38,813 nucleotides of DNA from Calditrichaceae bacterium (GTDB lineage Bacteria; Calditrichota; Calditrichia; Calditrichales; JBFXGD01). How positions within the stretch are numbered: the stretch's first letter is position 1; every line of letters begins with the position of its first letter. The position numbers and the translations under genes are program-made. Positions 10,341-19,890 of this stretch are shown here, piece by piece. Below the pieces are notes generated by a model. It made no database searches and was not told where the DNA came from. It saw nothing but the letters and a program-made list of their open reading frames with translations. The stretch spans positions 1 to 38,813 of the forward strand of contig JBFXLE010000030.1 of the NCBI GenBank assembly GCA_050173015.1, read 5' to 3'.

Positions 10341-11556
10341 GGATTTCAGCCTCTTTGGAATATGCACTTTCAAATTTATCGTAAACCGATGTGACCGTTA
10401 AGTAATATGTTTTGAGTATCTCGGGTTTTTTAATTTCTAACTTTGATTCATTCAAAGGATTCTTGTTCAACCGGACCCATTTTTCGTTTTTTCCTTTTCT
10501 GGCATAGACGTTATATCTCGCTCCCGGTACTACAGACCATTTTATAAGCATTTTATTTCCCGTAAGCCTATACGAAATCCCTGTAGGCGCGTTTATCTTT
10601 TGGGGGATGAAGTATGGTTTTGAACTGCCCGCCGTATATCCGGGGATATTAAATCGGAAAGTGAAACCCACTTTATGGGTCGATCCAAGATCTTCCCGGG
10701 AAAAATAGGTATAATCAATGATGTATTTATCCGCCTGGTTGAATCCTGCCCCAAACGCCGGGGTAAACATTTCACTGTCGGTGAAGCGATTTCCCAGCCG
10801 CAGAAAAAATGATTCAGCGAGATTGTATTCCGCTCCGCCGTTAATCAGATAATCCGTGTCTCTTGATTTCACGGCATCGAGGGCGAGCTGAAGATCCGAA
10901 TTTGGAATTTTATAGGCCGCGCCGATCCTTATGGTCAAGGGAATCGGCACCGACTCGCTCTCATATTTTATTTCCCCGCCCGCATTCTGAAGAGCCGCTC
11001 CGAGAGTCAGACCGCGAATCATGGTGTGCATATACATCCCGGCGTCAAAAGCGACGCCTCCGGCAGAAAATTCCCCGAGTTTATCCTGAAAATATTTAAT
11101 CCCGAGTCCGATAAAAAAACTACGGTGAATCTTATAGCCAAGCCCCAAACTAATAATGCTGCTGGAAACATCGATATTACCGGTGGGCTGACCGAAATAA
11201 TCTTTCCCCTGAATGGAAGGCATCCACATATGGGCAATGGAGAAACCAATTCCCAGTTTTCGCCTGAATGTGTATCCTACAAGCAAATTGTCAATTCGGA
11301 TATCCTCAAACCACTGGGTGTGAGTTAATCCCACCGCTCCTTTTGATATGTTCGCGAGTCCTGCCGGATTATAAAAGAGAGCGTTTTCATCATTTGATAT
11401 GGCTGTAAAAGATTCCGACAAACCAGCCGCCCTGGCGCTTAGTCCGGTGCGTAAAAAAAGATTACTGACTGTTCCCGCCGACTCTGCGGCCTCCTGCGCC
11501 ATTCCATTTAGTGTGAATATCAGCGCGAAACCCGTATATATTAAAAATTTCTTCAT
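10330..11556 (-). CDS. PorV/PorQ-family outer-membrane beta-barrel with C-terminal FN3 domain
   Basis: Signal peptide; FL..G.SARAAGL.E.FTA..ND..A.FYNPAGLA; THTQW; A.DAG; GAALQN.G; P.TIRIG; GAEY; LRLG; DY....DLG.THK.G; then FN3 (APTG...W..VPGA.YNVY...YYLTVTSV...ES.YS). Start set to ATG 11556. Confidence 0.8.
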   Translation of the reverse strand: MKKFLIYTGFALIFTLNGMAQEAAESAGTVSNLFLRTGLSARAAGLSESFTAISNDENALFYNPAGLANISKGAVGLTHTQWFEDIRIDNLLVGYTFRRKLGIGFSIAHMWMPSIQGKDYFGQPTGNIDVSSSIISLGLGYKIHRSFFIGLGIKYFQDKLGEFSAGGVAFDAGMYMHTMIRGLTLGAALQNAGGEIKYESESVPIPLTIRIGAAYKIPNSDLQLALDAVKSRDTDYLINGGAEYNLAESFFLRLGNRFTDSEMFTPAFGAGFNQADKYIIDYTYFSREDLGSTHKVGFTFRFNIPGYTAGSSKPYFIPQKINAPTGISYRLTGNKMLIKWSVVPGARYNVYARKGKNEKWVRLNKNPLNESKLEIKKPEILKTYYLTVTSVYDKFESAYSKEAEIHVK

Positions 11557-11799
11557 TGGCCTTCCGGTGTTACTGGTCTTTCCTAAAAAATAGCTCGATG
11601 GATATACCACCCGTAAATGATCATTTGAATGCCAGGAAGAAGTTCGCAATTCGTAGATGTGTAAGCTGTGAGTATCTCAGAGTTCTTTATAGCTCTTGCG
11701 GATTGAAGTACCGATTAAATTTTGTATTCGGCAAAAGTAATCAGTTAATGCCATGAATACAATACCAATTATAATTATTACCGGGTTAATATCAATTTT

Positions 11800-12888
11800 T
11801 CATAACTTTGCCGCCACTTTAACCAGTGAAGTCGGAGAGATTAACAAATTAGTATAACTGGCGTTTGCAAGCGGACAGGCGCATTCTTTATTCTTTATGC
11901 TCCGTCGTATTTTGTGAGATGCCGGGCTGTTCCACACTTTTTTGAAATCATAATTATTTTCACGGAGATTGCCCATGGAATCCGCACGGATACAGCAGGG
12001 CCACACATCTCCGTCCGGTGATATCTGACAGGAGGCGATACCCGCGAAACAGGGAATGATTTGTTTTTGCTGCAGAAGAAATTTTTTAACCATTTCGTAA
12101 TATTCAAAACGGAACGCCCTGGCGACCCGCGCGACCCCGAACAATTTATTTTTTTTCATTTCCCCTTTTAAAAAGTCAATGGCGGTAAAATACTGTTCAT
12201 GTTCAGGTGTAATCGCCTCATCCATTGTTCCCAGCTCAACCCTTTCTTCAGCGATCTCAGTTATATACGAATCCGGTTCCATTTTGATAAGTTCTTTGTA
12301 TATTTCCGGGAACCGCTCTACGTTAAATTTTGAAATTACCGTATGGATTCCAAGTGTGAAATTCGGATGCTTACGCAGCCTGTTCAATTCTTCATAAGTT
12401 TTCATCGCCCGTTCCCAGTTTCCCGGGTACCCCCTGACACGGTCATGCTCTTCACCGATTTCATCAAGAGATAAGTTGATGATGATATCCGTCTCCGGTG
12501 AATTCCTGATGATTTGCTCTACCCGCTCCGGGATGATATGAAACAGGCTGCCGTTCGTCGGTATGTTAATGATCCCCGGTTTGCAGCGGTCATAAGCCGC
12601 TTTGCAGACATCAACAATATCCTTCCGCAAAAATGGTTCCCCGCCGCTCATCGTGAACCAGTATGGCGCCTCACCAAGACTTGCAAAAGTTTTGTCGTAT
12701 TCATCCACCGTAAAATTATTGACCCGTTTTTCATAAACATTACAGGTCATACATCTTGAATTGCACGAATACAATAAACTAATAGTTACATTGACAGGCA
12801 TTGGCGTTTTGCCGCCGATCCTGTAAAAGGTTTGAAATTTTGGAATACGTGACAGTAACTGTATTTTCTTTCGCGTGGCTGAATGCAC
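11800..12888 (-). CDS. Radical SAM enzyme with SPASM/twitch-type C-terminal domain
   Basis: CNSRCMTC, SGGEPF, TNG, H..VRG; C-terminal CFAG..SC.ISPDGDVWPCC...CACP; GTG start with AGGAG RBS. Confidence 0.9.
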   Translation of the reverse strand: MHSATRKKIQLLSRIPKFQTFYRIGGKTPMPVNVTISLLYSCNSRCMTCNVYEKRVNNFTVDEYDKTFASLGEAPYWFTMSGGEPFLRKDIVDVCKAAYDRCKPGIINIPTNGSLFHIIPERVEQIIRNSPETDIIINLSLDEIGEEHDRVRGYPGNWERAMKTYEELNRLRKHPNFTLGIHTVISKFNVERFPEIYKELIKMEPDSYITEIAEERVELGTMDEAITPEHEQYFTAIDFLKGEMKKNKLFGVARVARAFRFEYYEMVKKFLLQQKQIIPCFAGIASCQISPDGDVWPCCIRADSMGNLRENNYDFKKVWNSPASHKIRRSIKNKECACPLANASYTNLLISPTSLVKVAAKL

Positions 12889-12990
12889 TCAGGCTCCTAT
12901 AATAATTGCCGTCATTGGGGAAACTTACGAATTATATTCAGATCAGTGCTATGATGTAACCAAATTTTAAGCGGAATTTATCCGGAAATT

Positions 12991-15285
12991 TCATTTTTGT
13001 AACAAAAGACGTTTTATAATGGTTTGCCCACCCGCCGAAAGTCGGTAAAAATAGACGCCCGATGCGACCGAATGACCATTTTGGTCCGTAGAATCCCAAC
13101 TGAGAAGATAAGCGCCTTCTGTTAATGATCCCTCATAAAGGGTTTTTACCTTCTGACCAAGAACATTGTAGATATCAAGCACAACCCCATCTAAACCCTG
13201 ATTATCTGTATGGCTGACACTAAATTCGATGGAGGTTCTTCCGTTGAAGGGATTAGGATAGTTTTGAGCGAGCCTGATGACATTTGGTACTCCGGGATCC
13301 ACAATTTTGGCCATATTCTGAGGAATAAAAGTGATGGTGATTTTCCGGGTTTCATTTATACGGCCGTTATAGTCATGATTGATCAGCTTATAGGTATAAA
13401 TTTCACCGGAACTGACATGCCTGTCTGTATAAAAATATTCCTGTCCGTGACCTGATGTACCAAGTCCCTCCAGAGCAGGATCAGTCCGATAGGAAGCGTT
13501 TAAACTAAAAGATGAATCCGTCCCTGATTTCCTCCAAATTTCAAAACCACGGTTTTCAATTTCACTCGCTGTTGCCCAATTCAGCAAAATACCCTCTCCG
13601 GTCACCTGCCCATCAAAACTGACCAGTTCCACCGGCAGGGAATTATCAGCCGTGGCCGACGCGATGGTGAATAATGAATACCGTTTTAGCTGAGTGCTCA
13701 ATCCGCGAACAAGAATGCTGTCCTTATCCGCGCTTACATCCTGTGAAGTACCCGCGATTTCCCACATTCCCGACTGGTCATTCCAAAAACAGATTAACAG
13801 ATCGGATTCGTTATTTATGGCGCTCCATTCACTGATACCGGCATATGAGAAATTGATGGCGCAATCATAAGTTGTTTTATTTGTGACGATGGTATATTTG
13901 CCTCTCTCGGCAATATGATCGATACCGCTGGCGAGATTGCCGCGGGATGTGTTTTTCCCTTTATTATAAAAAACCGAAACTTCACCGGGAGATCCGGACG
14001 CAAAATCTATAGCTACCTTATTATTCCAGAAATTCTCCGCGGGCTGGTCGCCGGCGCTGATCGTTTTACTCTCATTCAGATCATTTTCCCACCAGGCAAG
14101 TTGACCGAGAATGGTTCCACCGGACTCAATTTTGTCCTGAGCCGTGCCGATCAGATCCATATCGCCGTCACCATCCATATCCGCCGCGGAGACAAAATAG
14201 GCATAGGTGAAATTAGTCGTCACGGTATGTTCGGTAAAACTCTCATATCCGTCGTTTTCAAACCAGCTGACGGTGTTGTCTGTATCCGCGCAGGCGGCGA
14301 TATCCAAATCACCGTCACTGTCCAGGTCGGCGGCAATGACATTTCTTGTATATTTAAATGACGTTTTAATACGATTTATTGTATTAAACACACCACTTCC
14401 GTTATTTGCCCACCATCCGACAGATTGATCCTTATACCCTGCCCCGACGATATCCATATCGCCGTCTTCATCAAGATCCACAGCGACCGCGTCATTTCCT
14501 CCGTAAGATTGCTGTATAATTTGCTGCTGTGTCCATGAATCGGCGGACACCTGTTTCCACCAGCGCGCGTCTTCATTGGCAACCGGTATTAAACTAGAAT
14601 AACTGAGCCACGACATGCTGACGATATCCGTGAGGTTATCACCGTCAAAATCAGCGGCCGCTACCGCGCTTGGTGAGGAATATCCGGCGATTTTATGAAT
14701 CGCGAAAGACGGTGAGGATAAACCGTTATTTTCAAACCAGCGCAGAGAATCTATAACTGAACCCGAAGTTGCGTCATCTCCCATTCCGTCCACGATATCC
14801 AGATCACCATCCCGGTCAAGATCCACAATCAATACCTGGTAGTTCAATGGCGCGCTGCCGCCGAGGGTTGATTTTACCCAGCCACCGTTTGCCGGGGAAC
14901 CGTCATTTTTATACCAGACCAATTTGGATGTACGAGCGCTACCCGCCGCCACATCCGGATAACCATCACCCGTGAGATCCCCGACCGCCAGACCGCGCGC
15001 GCCTACAAATGAAGCATCTATATCTCTGCGAGTAAAACTTTCCGCTCCGTTATTTTCAAACCACATCACATTAATCTTACCCGGGTCTTCTACTCCGCCT
15101 CCTTCCGGATTGGCGGTACAGACAATATCCAGATCGCCGTCCAGATCAAGATCGGCAACCGCGTTTTTCTTTGCTAATTCGACGGCATCCGAAATAACGC
15201 GCTTTGTCCAGTTCACAGGATCAGCCTGCGCCAGAATCGCGGAAGGTATAATCAGGATAATTAATAATATTTTTTTACAGATCAT
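12991..15285 (-). CDS. Secreted FG-GAP/VCBS seven-repeat beta-propeller protein with T9SS/FlgD CTD
   Basis: Signal peptide; seven D[LFM]xxDG(D)xxD[IVL] loops, most followed by W[FYW]xNxG; LPVELVSF..W.TASE..N.GF module; QNYPNPFN...SGVYFY. Confidence 0.88.
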   Translation of the reverse strand: MICKKILLIILIIPSAILAQADPVNWTKRVISDAVELAKKNAVADLDLDGDLDIVCTANPEGGGVEDPGKINVMWFENNGAESFTRRDIDASFVGARGLAVGDLTGDGYPDVAAGSARTSKLVWYKNDGSPANGGWVKSTLGGSAPLNYQVLIVDLDRDGDLDIVDGMGDDATSGSVIDSLRWFENNGLSSPSFAIHKIAGYSSPSAVAAADFDGDNLTDIVSMSWLSYSSLIPVANEDARWWKQVSADSWTQQQIIQQSYGGNDAVAVDLDEDGDMDIVGAGYKDQSVGWWANNGSGVFNTINRIKTSFKYTRNVIAADLDSDGDLDIAACADTDNTVSWFENDGYESFTEHTVTTNFTYAYFVSAADMDGDGDMDLIGTAQDKIESGGTILGQLAWWENDLNESKTISAGDQPAENFWNNKVAIDFASGSPGEVSVFYNKGKNTSRGNLASGIDHIAERGKYTIVTNKTTYDCAINFSYAGISEWSAINNESDLLICFWNDQSGMWEIAGTSQDVSADKDSILVRGLSTQLKRYSLFTIASATADNSLPVELVSFDGQVTGEGILLNWATASEIENRGFEIWRKSGTDSSFSLNASYRTDPALEGLGTSGHGQEYFYTDRHVSSGEIYTYKLINHDYNGRINETRKITITFIPQNMAKIVDPGVPNVIRLAQNYPNPFNGRTSIEFSVSHTDNQGLDGVVLDIYNVLGQKVKTLYEGSLTEGAYLLSWDSTDQNGHSVASGVYFYRLSAGGQTIIKRLLLQK

Positions 15286-15345
15286 AAATGGACTTATCTT
15301 TGTCTGAACATGATTAAAATGGAACCAATCATCATGAGAACGGAA

Positions 15346-16800
15346 TTACGCAAACACAAATTTCATCATTTTTCTGATAATATCACGATCGAATTTCAGA
15401 ACAATCAGAACATAAATAATGATACTGGCAGTGATCGTCACCAATAATTGAAAAATGTCGGAGGCATTCCCCATAAACCGGAATTTAATAAACAAATCAA
15501 ACAACACAAAGGATGTAACGCCAAGCAGGGGAACCGAGAACACATACATAATTTCAGCGGGTTTCATCTGAATAAGACTCAGCGCTTTGAACAATGCGAT
15601 TATCCAAAAAATAAACATCACGCCGGAGACGGTCAGCGCCACGTTTACGATTCCTGATGAAGAGACGATAATTACTGACGGAATCAGAAAAACAAAATAA
15701 AACAGATTGATTTTAAGCTCGATATCAGGCCTGCCTTTCGACAAAAAAATGGCGCTGTTTAGAACCCAAAGTGTACGGATCAGCCCGGCGAAGGTTAATA
15801 TTTGTAATGGAAGAATCGCGACGATCCATTTCTCCCCGTAAACGATTCTAATAAATTGCGGGGCGATAACCGCCAATCCCGCGAAAATCGGGCATGTGAG
15901 CAACATTAGATGATATAATGTCTTTTTGTATAAAATTTTATAGTTATCCGGATCATCCTGTAATTTTGAAAACGCGGGAAACATCACCTTTAGCACATTT
16001 TTCGCGATTCTTTGAACGGGGAATTCTATCAATTGGTAAGCGATTGAATAGAAGCCCAATTGCGCCGCGCCAAGGATCTTTCCGATAATAAAACCGGGAG
16101 AATTAGCGTTGACATAAGCGGCTACCCTCATGCCAAACACATTTCCGCCAAAGGAAAACAATTCTTTGAAAACCCTGAGATTAAACCGAATCCTGATCTT
16201 CCACCATGCAAAAATCAAAAGGAGTAATGTCAAGATGACTTGTTCGGCAATAATACCGTAAACAAAACTCCAGACGCCTGCCCCCCGCGCGGCGAAGAAA
16301 ACAGTCACCAGGGCGTATCCAAAAACCGCAACCATCTGAAGCGCGCTTAAGAGCCGGAATCTCAAATCCTTCATCAACCGGACTACCGGTATGGCGTTAA
16401 TTCCGTAAAAGAAAAAAACAATCGTCAATACTTTCAGAATGGCATCCAATTGATTCATTCTGAAATATTCTGAGATGACCGATGAACTAAGCAGAACCAA
16501 AGCAGCAAACATGGCCGCGGAAACCATATTGACTACAAAAGTGGTTGAGAAATGCTCATCATCGATATGTTTTTTCTGTATGAGCGCCGTGCTGAAGCCA
16601 AAATCAAACAACACATAAATGAGTTGAGTGAAGATGAGCACAATTCCTATGATTCCAAAGTCTTCCGGCTGGAGTATCCGGGCAAGAACGATAGTGGTCC
16701 CGAACTGAAAAATCCGGATAAAAAGCTCGGCGATTCCAACCCATTTAATTCCTTTGGCCGATTTATTCTCAATATCTTTATAGTTTTCAGTTATGTCCAA
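15346..16800 (-). CDS. wzx: Wzx/WzxC-type polysaccharide flippase (MOP superfamily)
   Basis: LARIL.PEDFG, DFGFSTALIQKK, GAGVWS.V.G, IIGK.LGA.QLG.YS.AY, V.FPAFS.LQ, YGEKW; many hydrophobic helices. Confidence 0.9.
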   Translation of the reverse strand: MDITENYKDIENKSAKGIKWVGIAELFIRIFQFGTTIVLARILQPEDFGIIGIVLIFTQLIYVLFDFGFSTALIQKKHIDDEHFSTTFVVNMVSAAMFAALVLLSSSVISEYFRMNQLDAILKVLTIVFFFYGINAIPVVRLMKDLRFRLLSALQMVAVFGYALVTVFFAARGAGVWSFVYGIIAEQVILTLLLLIFAWWKIRIRFNLRVFKELFSFGGNVFGMRVAAYVNANSPGFIIGKILGAAQLGFYSIAYQLIEFPVQRIAKNVLKVMFPAFSKLQDDPDNYKILYKKTLYHLMLLTCPIFAGLAVIAPQFIRIVYGEKWIVAILPLQILTFAGLIRTLWVLNSAIFLSKGRPDIELKINLFYFVFLIPSVIIVSSSGIVNVALTVSGVMFIFWIIALFKALSLIQMKPAEIMYVFSVPLLGVTSFVLFDLFIKFRFMGNASDIFQLLVTITASIIIYVLIVLKFDRDIIRKMMKFVFA

Positions 16801-16830
16801 TGGATATCCCTGAAGTTATTCATACGACTA

Positions 16831-18504
16831 TTATTTCAGAACAATCATTTTTATCACATCACGGTACAGATACGAGTTCTCTCCCGCCGGGGCTGAACTT
16901 TTAGAAGTCACTGTCAGCGCGGCGAAATAAATCCCTGAAGGTAACCTTTCGGCGTTAAAACGGAACCGTTTCTTTCCCGGCGTTTCAGAATTTTTATAAA
17001 CAGATTGTATCTTTTCACCAAGGATATTATACAAAACGATTTCTGTAATCCCCGGTTTTGGCTGTTCCCAGATGATGACTGTGGATGCGTTGAACGGATT
17101 CGGAAAATTTCGTAAAGACATCCGATATATTACCGGGCGGTCTCCACCATCCTCCACCGGATTCATCTCATCCGTATTTACAGAATCCGTCACCGGTTCT
17201 GAAAACATTTCTGCTACATCATAGGTATAAATGGCATAATAATATGTGTCCGGGGCAACAAAATTCGAATCTGTAAATGAGGTTCCCGCCGAGTCAAATA
17301 AAATCAGTCCGTCAGTTGGGCTTGTGGGAAATCCATTCGTTTTTCGCAATACCCTGACTCCTACCGCGAGCGAATCAGCAGGGATCTTCCAGGTCAGATT
17401 TATGTGGTCTCCGGATACTGCCGCATCAAAACCGATAACCGGGAACGGATGCGCATACCCTCCAATCATTTCCGGTGTTGAGAAATAATCGCTCATATGA
17501 ATATAACGGGAGTCATCCAGTTCGGAAGCATACGCCGCGCTTATCACCTCGTTTGTGGAAATTCTGCTGTCTGGCCAGGACGCGAACGGACCGCGATCCC
17601 AAGGATCACTGATGTAGATAAATGCCTTTATATGTGGATTGGAATGAATTTTATAAAAATACGGAGCAAACCAGTTGTCAAGATTTGCAGCATTCCCCGT
17701 GCCTTCATCCTGAATCGGACAGGATTCACAGATCATTACCGGTTTTTGATGACTCAGGGCGTCAGCAAGAAATTGGTCTGAATTATCGATCTGATATGCC
17801 GTAAAATAGTTGATTCCCCACCAGTCCACATACTCATCGCCGGGATACCAGTCTAAATAATTAAAAGACTGTGGATTAACCGTATTCCAGACCCAGGAGA
17901 CATTGGTAATGTTCTCACTTTGAAAAATATTGTATATATAGATCCAGACATCGACAAACTCCTGAGCCGAGATATCGGGATCACTGTGCAGTCCGTCGTT
18001 TCCCCGGCCGAATTCAAAACCCGGCCTGATAAAAACCGGATAATTCAAAGATTTTATTCGATCTGCTATTTGAATAATATTATTGTCAAGTTTGCCCGAC
18101 AATATGTCCTGAACAGGGATATTTGTATTCCCATAAATGTATGTGGAATCCAGTAAACCCAGACCCACCACTAGTATGTAAGGATGTTGATGAGCCGAGA
18201 TTAATTCTGAAAAATCCGTAAAATCGATTGAATTGAGAAAAGGATCAATTGACGCGTACACAGAGTAGAGGACGGGGATCTGGCCGGTAGCCGCCTGATA
18301 GTCAGCAACCATTTGCCAATTTTCCTCATCACTGTAATATACAGATATGTACTGTCCTAAGCCATGCAGGACTTTACCGTCCGGCGGCTCGTATTTCACT
18401 CCAAAACCCGCGTAAACCGCCGGGATCAGAAAAAAGGTCAGGATGAATGTGAAGAAAGCGCTATTGTGAATACTCATCCGCTTATTTGGATTCTTTTTCC
18501 GCAT
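16831..18504 (-). CDS. Secreted GH26-family glycoside hydrolase with FN3-like domain and T9SS CTD
   Basis: FIRPGFEF (acid/base), NVSWVW, WYPGDEYVDWWG, KPVMICE (nucleophile); NFPNPFN...SGIYF. Alternative start 18477. Confidence 0.8.
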   Translation of the reverse strand: MRKKNPNKRMSIHNSAFFTFILTFFLIPAVYAGFGVKYEPPDGKVLHGLGQYISVYYSDEENWQMVADYQAATGQIPVLYSVYASIDPFLNSIDFTDFSELISAHQHPYILVVGLGLLDSTYIYGNTNIPVQDILSGKLDNNIIQIADRIKSLNYPVFIRPGFEFGRGNDGLHSDPDISAQEFVDVWIYIYNIFQSENITNVSWVWNTVNPQSFNYLDWYPGDEYVDWWGINYFTAYQIDNSDQFLADALSHQKPVMICESCPIQDEGTGNAANLDNWFAPYFYKIHSNPHIKAFIYISDPWDRGPFASWPDSRISTNEVISAAYASELDDSRYIHMSDYFSTPEMIGGYAHPFPVIGFDAAVSGDHINLTWKIPADSLAVGVRVLRKTNGFPTSPTDGLILFDSAGTSFTDSNFVAPDTYYYAIYTYDVAEMFSEPVTDSVNTDEMNPVEDGGDRPVIYRMSLRNFPNPFNASTVIIWEQPKPGITEIVLYNILGEKIQSVYKNSETPGKKRFRFNAERLPSGIYFAALTVTSKSSAPAGENSYLYRDVIKMIVLK

Positions 18505-18570
18505 ATCATTACCACCCGGTAAATGTTGAAAATCTGATGAAGATCAAATCACCCAAGGCGTCTTTAACTA

Positions 18571-19890
18571 TTAAAATTTGATGATATTATCATAGTCCGC
18601 TTCAGCCTGATGCTTCTTAAGATCAACGGACAATTTCCCCGCCTTTGCGTAAATATCCTCTCCCAATAATTCCCGGACAGATGAGAGAAGTTCCTGTTCA
18701 TCTAATTTGAAATCGAATCCCGCTAACATTTGATAATCGCCATAGGGCCAGGAATATTCCAGGACATCCATGGGTGTTTCCCGCGCTATCGGAATGATCG
18801 TTTTGCTTACGCCTAATTTCTCCAGTCGCCTTCCGTTTCCTTCCTGTTCTGAATGAGAAGGTATGACAATGGACGGTTTTCCGGACAGCACCACTTCCAT
18901 CGCTGTTCCGTAACCGCCGTGAAATATAACCAGGTCACTTTGTCGGATGGCTGATGTTCCCGGCGCCCAATCGACAAATTGTATATTTGCGGATCGGCGG
19001 TTGTACTTTGCCGCTTTTACACGTTTGCCGGTTGAAACGAGTACATCAAATTCTGTTTTGTTGAATGCGGAGATAATCGATTCAAAAAATTGTTTTTCAT
19101 TTGCCCTTGCGGCTCCGCCGCCGATTGTCACATAAATTTTAGGATATTCATCCTTATTATCAAACAAAGGGATGCTTTTACCGGGTCCATGAAATTCTGA
19201 AAGCGCGCCACAATAAATAACGCTGTTTTCATCGTCCTTAACCGGTTCAAGTTTGCGGCTGGACGGGATGACATACCGGTCACCGGTCAGAAGATCTTCC
19301 GCCTTCGACATTCCATTAAACGACAATTTGTCCATGAGATCGCTAAAGGGCATCAGGGCGTCAGGTTCGGTATATGTCCATTTTTTTCTTTCCCACCACA
19401 AAAACTTTGGATGGGGAGGGTAGCCGGCCAGTCGGGTGATCTGGACCACGGGAAGATTAAATTTACGGCCGAGGGGCCAGGTCAGGAAATGTGTATCCCC
19501 CACAAGGATATCCGGCTTGAATTCATCCACAATCTTTGCAAGCTGATTGAATCGATAATTTACCAGCCGCGGACTCAGATAACCGTCCCTCGGAACCTGA
19601 TACGCGAGACTTCCAAAACCAACAAAAACCGGATACTTTGTTATCCGCGTATTCAATTGAACCGCAGGCTTAAAGGGTTTTTTGAATTGATATTTTACAA
19701 TCCGCTCTTTCTTCGTATTGAGCAAAAATGAGCGTATATTTTCTTTTTGGGATGATTTAAAATGTTTCTCTTCGAGAACAATCGCTGAGTCGTGCCCTTT
19801 TTCTCTCAGCTTATTCGCTAAATAAATGCAGCGCGCGACATGCCCGCGGCCACCACCGTGATCACTTGGAATAAATAGTATCTTCGACAT
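18571..19890 (-). CDS. GT-B glycosyltransferase (GT1/GT28-like)
   Basis: GGGRGHVARC, PDILVGD, IYVTIGG, DW.P, FHGGYGT..E....GKP.IVIP...EQ..N..RLE.LG. Confidence 0.85.
   Translation of the reverse strand: MSKILFIPSDHGGGRGHVARCIYLANKLREKGHDSAIVLEEKHFKSSQKENIRSFLLNTKKERIVKYQFKKPFKPAVQLNTRITKYPVFVGFGSLAYQVPRDGYLSPRLVNYRFNQLAKIVDEFKPDILVGDTHFLTWPLGRKFNLPVVQITRLAGYPPHPKFLWWERKKWTYTEPDALMPFSDLMDKLSFNGMSKAEDLLTGDRYVIPSSRKLEPVKDDENSVIYCGALSEFHGPGKSIPLFDNKDEYPKIYVTIGGGAARANEKQFFESIISAFNKTEFDVLVSTGKRVKAAKYNRRSANIQFVDWAPGTSAIRQSDLVIFHGGYGTAMEVVLSGKPSIVIPSHSEQEGNGRRLEKLGVSKTIIPIARETPMDVLEYSWPYGDYQMLAGFDFKLDEQELLSSVRELLGEDIYAKAGKLSVDLKKHQAEADYDNIIKF

Noticed and set aside
11557-11649. N-terminal extension of the PorV-like ORF
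   Set aside because: The signal peptide begins at MKKFLIY (11556)
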